Assembly: GCA_028534125.1 (NCBI GenBank)
Contig: CM052816.1
Coordinates: 9,302,001 to 9,366,000, forward strand
DNA length: 64,000 bases
Source: Lama glama
Taxonomy: Eukaryota
Direction of reading: 5' to 3'
Each line of letters begins with the position of its first letter. Position 1 is the first letter of the stretch. Below, in pieces: positions 1 to 8,895 of this stretch. The notes below the pieces were generated by a model. It was given only the letters and a program-made list of their open reading frames with translations, ran no database searches and had not been told where the DNA came from. The translations under genes were made by a program, and so were the position numbers.

Positions 1-114
1 CACAGCAATCTCCCTCCTCTCTCAACAAGGTATTGCATTTCCAGTTCTTACACTTATTCTGGCATGGATTATAAACTGCCTTATGCTGCTTTCTGGTTTT
101 CATGTGTGCAGAGA

Positions 115-340
115 TCACACAGGCCTGGGTTCCAGTCTTGATTCTGCAGCTAGCTGGTTGTGTGGCTATGGAAAGTGACTTAACCTTTCTGAAACTCAGT
201 TCCCTCATTTGTTAAATGAGGACAATTTTGCTACCTACTTCATAAGACTATCAAGGTCACATCATGCTTAAAATGTGCCTAACACAGACCCTAACATTTA
301 GTAAGATTTCATAGAAGGTATCTGTGTAGTATTATTAATA
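115..340 (+). mobile_element. MIR SINE
   Basis: Core motif ...aagtgacttaacctttctgaaactcagttccctcatttgttaaatgagg... Confidence 0.75.
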
Positions 341-2259
341 CTATGCTCCAGAATTCAGAGACTGAAACTTATATTTTTCTTCTGCTGCACACATTAGTTG
401 TAAATACCCCTGGACTGATTCTGGTCTAGGTATATATATATATTTTTTTGGCAGTGGGTACATCAGAAACATTCTAAGCATTGTGTCATGATAGTTCCTA
501 TTTCCCAGGTCCCTTTTTCCCAGGTTCCTTCTCCCAATAATGATCTCAGTGGGGCGGCCCACCCTGCCCTGCCACTTTGCACACCTGTCAGCTTGCATCT
601 CAGGATAAAGTTCTCATTTGACAGATTCCGAGAACTTGCTGTCCAGGCAAAGACAACTTTATGATGATGAATCCAACACAAACCTTATGTAACCAACCTG
701 TCGGTAAATAGAGGGACAGAAAGACACTGACAAATATGTCCTGCCCCCAAAAGAAACAAAGCAGAACAAAAGAATATAGAAAGCAAGGAACTGAGATAGG
801 CCTAAAATGCTCTTGCTTGTCAGAACTCTTAAAACTAATCAAAGATCTAAAAGTATTCCTAATCAGACACGAATTAAGCTAAACTCCCTTTTAGCTGGGA
901 GTTTATGAATTAACATTCATAGCTGAGTTTTTAACTGAAATTACATTAGATTTTCCTCTAACTAAAAGAGTATATATGCAACATTGTTTATTAATATTTA
1001 CTGTCCATGGGACTTACAAATGATAAAAGTTTCCAACTTATAGAAAAAAAAACTGTGGGAAATTTCTACCCGCAGTGGCTTGAAATTCCTGGCAGGTCAT
1101 ACACAGTTAAGGAATCTCTAAATTTCCCTAAATGCTGAGGATATCCTAGTGAACTCTTACTGAGAAAAAGGAATAATTCTTTCCCCTCCCCCTATTACAG
1201 ATTATTTGTTTTTTCCCTGCGTTTTGTATTAAGGACCTGGAAGAAATAAAAATGTCTGCTGAAATGAATTTGTTAATGCGACAGCCCCAGGGAAAAGCTT
1301 CCCCAGTTGAGCCTGAGGGTATAATTCAATGACAATGCAGTGTTGAGAATACACCAGTTCCTGGTGCCCAGCCGGGTTCCCTGGCTTTAGCCCCATCTCT
1401 GACATCCTTGGCTTCTTACCTTGGGCAGGTCATCCCCCCTCTCAGGCTTTCGGTCTCTGTGGATGTCAAATGCTTTATTTTCTCTTCCAAGTCCAAGATC
1501 CCACAAGGCTATGAGGAGTGTGAAGATTAGCTGGAGAAGCTGCCTGCATTTCTGAGTGTTGGGCCCAGAGCAGGAGAAGAATGTGATAATAGGTATGAAA
1601 GCCCTTGGAGGAAAAGCAAAAGTGCTGAATGGCACATGCTCTCCAGTTCGCCATGGCACATTCTAGAAACACGGGCACCTAACTCTCTCCCGAGAGCTCA
1701 GGGCTCGCTCAGACACCCCATCGCTGAGCTGACAGGAAGCGGAGGAGACTAATGCTTTTCTGGTTGGGGACCTTGGCTGGGACAGAAGGAAAGAAAGAAG
1801 TGGAGTTAGCTTCATGAGCGAGTGAAATGGCAATGAACCCTGCAGGCTGATCGTCTCCAGGCTGGCGTTGCCAAGGAGGACGATCCACTCTGTCAAACCT
1901 GGGCCAAGCTCTGGCTCAGACACACAAGCAAAAATAGAAAGGGGGTGGGGGAAGAAATGTGTTTACTTTTGTGATTTTCCCTTGCTTGCTTCTTAACAGG
2001 ATTATAATCTCTCCACAAACAGGCGGTAATGGCTTACAGACCTCGCCTTCATTGATAAACCCTCCCGAACAGTTCATGTCTCACAGTGTCTGGGCAGCTG
2101 GAGAGTAAGCTTGGAAGGCAGTGTGACAGAGTGGAAAGAGCACTGGCTCAGGGTCTGTCACTAACTGGGTAAACTGTAAAAAATCCCTTACACTCTGCAA
2201 AATATGGCGGTTATATAAAGCAGAATCTAAAAATTTATTTAGATTTTTGAAGTTTATAA

Positions 2260-2476
2260 CTGTGGTTCTCAACCAGGGACAATTTCATCCCTCCAGGGAG
2301 GGGTATTTGGCAATGTCTGGAGATAGTTTTAGTTGTCACAACCCAGGAGGTGCTACTGGCATCTAATGTGTTGTGGCCAGGGATGCTGATGAACATCTGA
2401 CAATGTACAGGACAGTCCTCCACAATGGAGAATTATCTGGTTGAAAATGTTAATAGCGTGAGATTGAGAAATCTTG
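2260..2476 (+). mobile_element. MER20 (hAT-Charlie MITE), near full length
   Basis: Starts ctgtggttctcaacc, contains tttggcaatgtctggaga and gtgctactggcatcta, ends ttgagaaatcttg. Flanks gtttataa / atttatac look like a degraded 8-bp TSD. Confidence 0.88.
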
Positions 2477-3134
2477 ATTTATACTGAAGTGACTAGAGTC
2501 AAAGGGAAAGGGGAAAAAGGGACAGCAGTACGGAAGGAGAGGGGTCAAACCCTGTTTCTAGGTCAGGAGGTGTTCACCAGTTAAGTGTTTTTCATCTTTT
2601 ACCCCTATAACACACGACCTTTCCATTTCCCTTGGAACTACAGGACTACGTTTGAGTAGCTTTTTCACAAGAACTTCCTTATCCATAAAATGCCAAGCCC
2701 TGATGCAGTACAAAGATTTCTACTATAAGAATAGCAAAGATAAAAATATAAGCAGCTATGAAATAAGCAAAATTGGAAGGCGGGTGGTGGGGGCACATGG
2801 AGGGATACAACAGATGCCCGTAACTCCATTTTTATGAGTCACTGTTACTGATGTAACAGAATAATGCCTGTAGGAAGAGCGAGATGAGCTGTGCTGGGGG
2901 CAGGCAAAACTGATGTTGGGGCACCAGCATTAGGAGAGATATAGGTTTGTAGTGGCAGATTCAAAGGCAAAGGAAAGGGTTAAGCAATCAGGGTATGTCG
3001 TTCCTGTGTCATTCCACATTAAGTCACTGGGCAGTTATTACAGATAGTTACCTGCGGTTTCCAGTTGGGGAGGCAACCACACTCCAGTCAAGGGGTTTTG
3101 GAGAAACAGGTGCAATGAAGGCATGGTCAAACAA

Positions 3135-3140
3135 TTTATT
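3135..3140 (-). terminator. Distal polyadenylation signal AATAAA of ADRB2
   Basis: tttatt on + at 3135-3140. Confidence 0.75.
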
Positions 3141-3362
3141 TACTGTAAACTTTAGACTTTGCTCAGAAAAACAACCAAAGCTGCCCCTCAAATCCCTGCC
3201 TACAATACCCCGTTGGAGCAAATAAGAGGGGCGGGGGTAGTCCATGTTCACAGCTGAAAGGTCCGAGAGACTCAAGATCCTCCAGTCCAAGGGTGCAGGA
3301 AGGAAGGTCTCCTTCAGATACAGATTACCAGCAGCAATATGTTACCCCTAATACTTGACCAG

Positions 3363-3370
3363 TGAGGTAG
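3363..3370 (-). promoter_or_regulatory. let-7 8mer target site CTACCTCA in the ADRB2 3'UTR
   Basis: tgaggtag on +. let-7 regulation of human ADRB2 through its 3'UTR is established. Confidence 0.8.
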
Positions 3371-3513
3371 ATACGCAGAAAAATCAAAACATAGCAGCCC
3401 CAGGTCCTCTGGGACCGAAGCCCTTCAGACATAAACTTACAAGTTCCATGCAAAGAGGAACTGACCTGTACAAGAAACAATCACTCAAACACGTTTTCTC
3501 TTTTTTTTACAGC

Positions 3514-3536
3514 TTAAAAAAATAAAAAATAAAAAT
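3514..3536 (-). promoter_or_regulatory. U-rich/AU-rich element in the ADRB2 3'UTR
   Basis: The mRNA reads AUUUUUAUUUUUUAUUUUUUUAA. Confidence 0.65.
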
Positions 3537-3665
3537 GCAGAAGGATGTCCTTCCTCCTGCACATCTCTATACAAGTTTATCCTAAATTTATTACACTCAA
3601 GTTAAATAGTCTGTTTAGTGTTTTGTTGAGGGGGAGAAGGGGTCTTAAAAAGTAGAAAAACCGCA

Positions 3666-4922
3666 TTACAGCAGCGAGTCATTTGTACTACAATTCCTCC
3701 CTTGTGAATCAGTGCTATCATTGGGCACAGTACCTTGCCGGTTCGCAAAGTCTTCCGTGCCTGGGGGGTCCTCACACAGCAGTTCGCTGTCTTTCTCCTC
3801 CCCCAGGTGATATCCACTCTGTTCCCCTGTGTAGTCAGTTCTGCCATCGCTGTTGCTGGAGCAGCCATTCCCATAGGCCTTCAACGAAGACCTGCGTAGG
3901 CACAGAAGCTCCTGGAAGGCAATCCTGAAGTCCGGGCTCCGGCAGTAGATAAGAGGATTGAAAGCAGAGTTGACATAGCCCACCCAGTTTAGAAGGATGT
4001 AAACTTCTTTAGGGATGAGGTTATCCTGGATCACGTGCACAATGTTGACAATGAAGAAGGGCAGCCAGCACAGGGTGAAAGTGCCCATGATAATGCCTAA
4101 AGTCTTGAGGGCTTTGTGTTCCTTCAAGCAGAACTTGGAGGCTCTGCGGTGTCCTGACCCGCTCCGCCCATCCTGCTCCACTTGGCTGAGGTTTTGGGCA
4201 TGGAAGCGGCCCTCAGATTTGTCGATCTTCTGCAGCTGCCTTTTGGCCACCTGGAAGACCCTGGAGTAGACGAAGACCATGACCACCAGGGGCAAGTAGA
4301 AGGACACGATGGAGGAGGTAATGGCATAGGCTTGGTTCGTGAAGAAGTCACAGCAGGTCTCCTTGGCATAGCAGTTGATGGCTTCCTGGTGGGTGGCCCG
4401 GTACCAGTGCATCTGAATGGGCAAGAAGGAGGTAAGGCCGGACACGATCCATACCATCAAAATGACCACTCGGGCCTTGTTCTTGGTCAGCAGGCACTGG
4501 TACTTGAAGGGTGACGTGATGGCAAGGTAGCGATCTACGGCGATCACGCATAGGGTCTCAATGCTGGCCGTGACGCACAACACGTCAATGGAAGTCCAAA
4601 ACTCGCACCAGAAGTTGCCAAAATTCCACATTTTCATGAGGATGTGGCTGGCCCCAAAGGGCACCACCGCCAGGCCCATGACCAGGTCAGCACAGGCCAG
4701 GGAGGTGATGAAGTAGTTGGTGACCGTCTGCAGACGCTCGAACTTGGCGATGGCTGTGATGACTAGCACGTTTCCAAACACGATGGCCAGGACGATGAGC
4801 GACATGACGATGCCCATGCCCACCACCCACGCCTCGTCCCGTTCTTCCGTGACGTCCTGGTCCGGGGCGTGGCTTCCGTTGGGCGCCAGCAAGAAGACAC
4901 TGCGGTTCCCGGGCTGCCCCAT
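3666..4922 (-). CDS. ADRB2: Beta-2 adrenergic receptor, 418 aa, single exon class A GPCR
   Basis: Translation runs [21 protein letters not shown] to [10 protein letters not shown]. It has 7 TM segments, Asp113 (IDVLC), DRY, Ser203/204/207, CWLP, NPLIY, Cys341 and the C-terminal PDZ ligand DSLL. The ATG (cat at + 4920-4922) is in a strong Kozak context GCGCCATGG; TAA is at 3666-3668. Confidence 0.99.
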   Translation of the reverse strand: MGQPGNRSVFLLAPNGSHAPDQDVTEERDEAWVVGMGIVMSLIVLAIVFGNVLVITAIAKFERLQTVTNYFITSLACADLVMGLAVVPFGASHILMKMWNFGNFWCEFWTSIDVLCVTASIETLCVIAVDRYLAITSPFKYQCLLTKNKARVVILMVWIVSGLTSFLPIQMHWYRATHQEAINCYAKETCCDFFTNQAYAITSSIVSFYLPLVVMVFVYSRVFQVAKRQLQKIDKSEGRFHAQNLSQVEQDGRSGSGHRRASKFCLKEHKALKTLGIIMGTFTLCWLPFFIVNIVHVIQDNLIPKEVYILLNWVGYVNSAFNPLIYCRSPDFRIAFQELLCLRRSSLKAYGNGCSSNSDGRTDYTGEQSGYHLGEEKDSELLCEDPPGTEDFANRQGTVPNDSTDSQGRNCSTNDSLL

Positions 4923-4959
4923 GGCGCGCAGGCTGGCAGGTGAGCGCACCGGCCGCGCC

Positions 4960-5019
4960 TTAGCGGGCGGACCTCCAGCGGGGCGCTGCGAGCAGCGAGC
5001 CGGCGCCTGGAAGCCTCAT
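4960..5019 (-). CDS. ADRB2 5'-leader upstream ORF (BUP-like), 19 aa [19 protein letters not shown]
   Basis: Hand translation from ATG at 5019 to TAA at 4962-4960. Same length, position and MRLPG...SAR ends as the human beta2AR upstream peptide. Confidence 0.92.
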   Translation of the reverse strand: MRLPGAGSLLAAPRWRSAR

Positions 5020-5139
5020 ACAGCGGCCGTGGATGGATATGGTGGGGGCGTGTGGTGCACTCAGCTCCGGGGTGCTCTGGTCTCGCGGTGTCCGTCGGTC
5101 CCAGCCTGCGCTCTGGAGAAGCTGCCTCGGAGTGCGCGC

Positions 5140-5305
5140 TGCCCGTTATGTGCACAGGACTTTAGGGGACCTGCCCTTTCCGTGACGTGCTGGAACTTTC
5201 GGCCAATGGCGCGCGGGCAGCCCCAAGGGGGCGAGGCCCCCTCCCCTCTCCCGCCTCTTTCCTCCCCTCTCCCGCCCCATCCCGGGGCTGGTCCGGGCGG
5301 GGCCC
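5140..5305 (-). promoter_or_regulatory. ADRB2 core promoter: CATAA (5146-5150) and CTAAA (5161-5165) TATA-like boxes, CRE-like GCACGTCA (5183-5190), inverted CCAAT (5203-5207), GC boxes (5271-5278, 5295-5302)
   Basis: Motifs read directly. Their order and spacing match the human ADRB2 proximal promoter as I recall it. Confidence 0.8.
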
Positions 5306-6243
5306 AGCTTCTCCCGGCGAGCGGGCGGGCCACCACTCCCTCTCGGCTACTCTGACTGGCCCGAGGGCTGAAGCGGGGGCTGGCGGGCTTACCAGCAGAC
5401 CGGCAGCTGCTGGCTCTTCTGTGGCTGCTACCTGTCTGCCCTGGGTGCCCGTGCGGCCTGAGATCTCAGGGCACAGGGCAGTACGCGGGCATTTCCTCTC
5501 ATTCAGAAATAGAGTGCCCCCCGAGACACGCATGGACAGGCACACTGCACCTCGACATGCACAGACCTATACCGAACCACAGCCACCGACACTCAGACAC
5601 ACCCATCCAGCGCACCGACAAGCACACGCGCGCACGCACAGAAGACTACTGGCACAAAGTCACCCCTGTCCAACACAAGAGGAGGCAAAGAACAAACCCA
5701 GGAGCACCCAGAAGCACAAAGGCAATGGGCACACACACACAAAGACGTAAACAACACACAAACGCCCACTTGGAGGAGGAGGGCTCCACAGCCAAGGATG
5801 TCGCCATCCAGGTACTCCAAACCCCTCATTCCTGCACCCTGGACCTCCACCCACTCCCCCTCTCCCCCAATACATAGACTCAGGGCAGATTCCCTTTCAA
5901 ACATTTGGCAAAACCACAGGAGGTGACTTCAACAGTTGCCGATTTCCTCAGAACGCTGGCTATCCAGTGCTTTTGGTGCCCTCCTTGGGAATTTGCAGGC
6001 ATTGAGACATAATTTTATCCGTGAGATTTCATTCGGAGCTGGGGTATACATGTATGTGGTTGGGGAACAGAAAGAAAGTTGTATGCTTTAATTTTAATTG
6101 TAGAATTTTAGTGAGTATGGCATCATCACTCCTTCAGTGTCTGTTAAAATGAAAATGCATTGAAAATGGAATAATTTTCCTTTCAAGCTATACTTCAGTA
6201 ATCCTTTTGCAACTAAAAAAATGATCTGCATAGTGTTGATTTT

Positions 6244-6318
6244 TTAGGTTAAGCCGTATGAAATTGCCACTATTCTATAGTTTCTGACTTTGAAAAATGG
6301 CAATTTCATATACCTCAG
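6244..6318. mobile_element. MADE2-like mariner MITE (palindromic)
   Basis: Perfect 13-bp inverted repeat tatgaaattgcca (6257-6269) / tggcaatttcata (6298-6310) within a ~75-bp element starting ttaggtt. Confidence 0.75.
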
Positions 6319-6564
6319 AATGTGTTAGCATTAGGACTGTTTTGAAACCACAGAAAGCAAAAGATAATTTCTCTTAAAAAAAAGTCAGACCAAGCCTTCA
6401 AACTAGGGTCTTTCTCCATGAAACACTACCCTTTGTATCTGGCCTATGACTTTACTGTTAAAAATAATTTAATTTTCAGGATTTGATTTCACATGTATTA
6501 GCAGTGTCTTTGGAAAACTGAAAGTATTTCACGAGTGTAACCAAACATATTTTCTAGATTACAT

Positions 6565-6810
6565 AATAACATAACAATGGCTAACATTTATGGAACATTC
6601 TGCTGTGTGCTTTTTATGCATTATTCCATTTAATCCTTCCCACAATCTCATGTTGTGTGTATTTGTTTGGTGAGGGGAGGAAACTATTTTTAGCTTAATT
6701 CACAAATGAGGCTCAAAGAGGAAACTAGCTTGCCCAGAGGCACAGGGCCAGGCAGTGCCAGAGGCAGGAGTTGAACCTGATTCTGCCTGACTCTAAAACC
6801 CATTTTTTAA
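6565..6810 (-). mobile_element. MIR SINE
   Basis: ataacaatggctaacatttat...ttcacaaatgaggctcaaagagg...ttgcccagaggcaca. Confidence 0.7.
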
Positions 6811-8782
6811 TCCTTTCAAAGTATTGCATCACCACTGCAGAAAAGAATGGGGGATAGGGAAGAAGGACTACAATTGGAATAGGAATACCAAGTTCCAAAT
6901 CTCCCTCTTAGAACTTTCTAGCTCACTTTTCTCAGGCAAATAAAAAATATGGAGCCTAATTTTGTCCATGTCAAAATGGGGAATAGTCACTTCCATTGGG
7001 CTGAGGTAAAATCAAATGATATAGTAATAAGTGAGATAGTGTTTTTGCATATATAAATGTCACACAAATATAGATATAAATGAAATTTGTATAAATTACT
7101 TAATGGTCTAGAATGTTTTTAGTCTTCTTTAATAGAACACTAAAATATTTTAGAACAAAAGTTACTTGGGCATTACAAAAATAACAAAAGTTACTCTAGA
7201 ACTCATAAATAAAATTTAACCTACATGCCCTCTTTAACTTCCTTCACTAGCAGAAATTGTTTTTGCATGACAGATGGCCTTAAAAAACAAATGTTTCCCA
7301 TAACAGCCACAAATATTAATTAAGAATCTATTATGTTCACATAGTTTTCAAAATATACTCACCCATATTTGTGTTTTCTAAAATTGACTCGGGTATGATG
7401 CATTTTAGGAAGAGGCAGTGTGTGTTATGCAACATTTCTTTAAATATGTATCTACCTTGAACTGTGGAACCGAGCCATGTAAAGCCTCCTTCCTGTTTGT
7501 GAAACTATGGAATAAACAAACATATTGTTTAACCTTCTCATAACAAGAAAAGAACAAAGAAAGCCCTTCCAGGACAAACACTAATTGATCATTTAGATAG
7601 ACACATAAGTCACTTAAAAATTTAACTTTGAATATTTTGGGTGACACCTTTTAAAAAACCCACAATCACTAAATCTAGTGGGGAAGACTGCTTTTGTCCA
7701 CAAAGTTCCAGGCCTTTGCGTACCAGCTTTGCCAAAGGACAATACCTCTCTCTCAGTCTCTCCCCTACCTCTCTTCTGTATTGCTGAGCTGATAGGATTC
7801 AAGATGCTGTCTACACACCAAGGGTCTTTTCCTGATCTCCTTTTAGAATTATAGGATTAAAGACAGTTAGAATGGGGAAGATTTTAATAGCTTCTTTACT
7901 TTATTCCCCTGACTTCTCCAGTTTGCAAATGAGGAAGCCAAAGTGCAGGAATAAGAAGTGTTGTAGGTGGCAGGAAAGGTTGGGAGGCCAGGTCTGTTCC
8001 TGGCCTTACATGTTTTCATTGCCCAACACTGTGGCTTCATTTCCCAGCAGAGGAATGTGATGAGCACTGCTTACTGTGCTTGTGGCCTTAGAGAGTTAAT
8101 GCTTTAGTTGAGCTGGAAAGTTCTTAGTAGGCTAAATGCATCTTTATCTGATGTAAGAAAAAGCAGGCTCTTTTATGGTGATTGATAGTGTCTAATTACA
8201 TATTTTGTCAATCCCTTAAGACACTGATTTGTCATTTCCGACCTGCTGAACAGAATAAAAAAAAAGAAAAACGTGTTTTGATTTACCAAACAAATATTTG
8301 ACTTAGGAGTAAGGCTCCAGGAGCCAGAGAATGCCCTCACGCCAATATCTGGACACCTTAGGAAAAAATCTTATTCTGGTTTTGGCCTGGCTTCCATCTT
8401 TAAAAAAAAATTCTTTTTATTGCGGTATAATTAACATATAACATTATATTGGTTTCAAGTGTACAACATAATGATTCAATATTTGTATACATTGTGAGAT
8501 GATCACCTCAATAAGTTTAGCTACCGTCTGTCACCATGCATAGTTAACTTTTAGGGTTTATTCACTTGGCAACTTTCAAGTATGCTCCACAGTATTACTG
8601 ACTATAGTCACCATGCTGTACATTACATCCCCATGACTTATTTATTTTATAACTGGAAGTTTGTACTTCTTGACCCCTTCACCTGTTCACCCACTCCCCA
8701 CTGCCTCTCCACTTTGGCAAACACCATTCTGTTCCTTCTATCTGTGATTTTTGTTTTGTTTGTTCATTTGTATTGTTTTTTA

Positions 8783-8895
8783 TTTTATTTATTTATTTAT
8801 TTAACATTTTTTATTGATTTATAATCATTTTACAATGTTGTGTCAAATTCCAGTGTTCAGCACAATTTTTCAGTCATTCATGGACATATACACAC
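8783..8895 (-). mobile_element. Young lineage-specific L1 3'-end fragment nested in the older L1
   Basis: Nearly identical to 41700-41795. Flanked by the direct repeat tcatttgtattgtttttta (8764-8782, 8896-8914). Confidence 0.88.

Larger units (their letters stand above)
3121..3665 (-). other. ADRB2 3'UTR (approximate)
   Basis: Extends from the stop codon to just past AATAAA at 3135-3140. The end (AAATAAATTGTTTGACCATGC) resembles the end of human ADRB2 mRNA. Confidence 0.75.
4500..5480. promoter_or_regulatory. CpG island over the ADRB2 promoter, 5'UTR and 5' CDS
   Basis: Visibly GC- and CpG-rich stretch against a CpG-poor background; boundaries approximate. Confidence 0.85.

Noticed and set aside
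3645..3668. Possible stop-codon readthrough of ADRB2
   Set aside because: The stop is UAA-U, not the leaky UGA-CUAG context, and another in-frame UAA follows after six codons.
3602..4551. Alternative-frame and antisense ORFs overlapping ADRB2
   Set aside because: By-products of the coding sequence's codon bias.
4923..4949. 9-aa N-terminal extension (427-aa ORF call)
   Set aside because: It starts at a GTG chosen by the ORF finder. The conserved start is the strong-Kozak ATG at 4922.
4717..5750. Long + strand ORFs (212 aa, 187 aa) and other ORFs across the CpG island
   Set aside because: Stop-poor GC-rich DNA and the antisense shadow of ADRB2; low-complexity Pro/Gly/Arg/Ala content with no recognisable domain.
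7154..7195. 13-bp direct repeat aacaaaagttact
   Set aside because: AT-rich local duplication with no identifiable inserted element.
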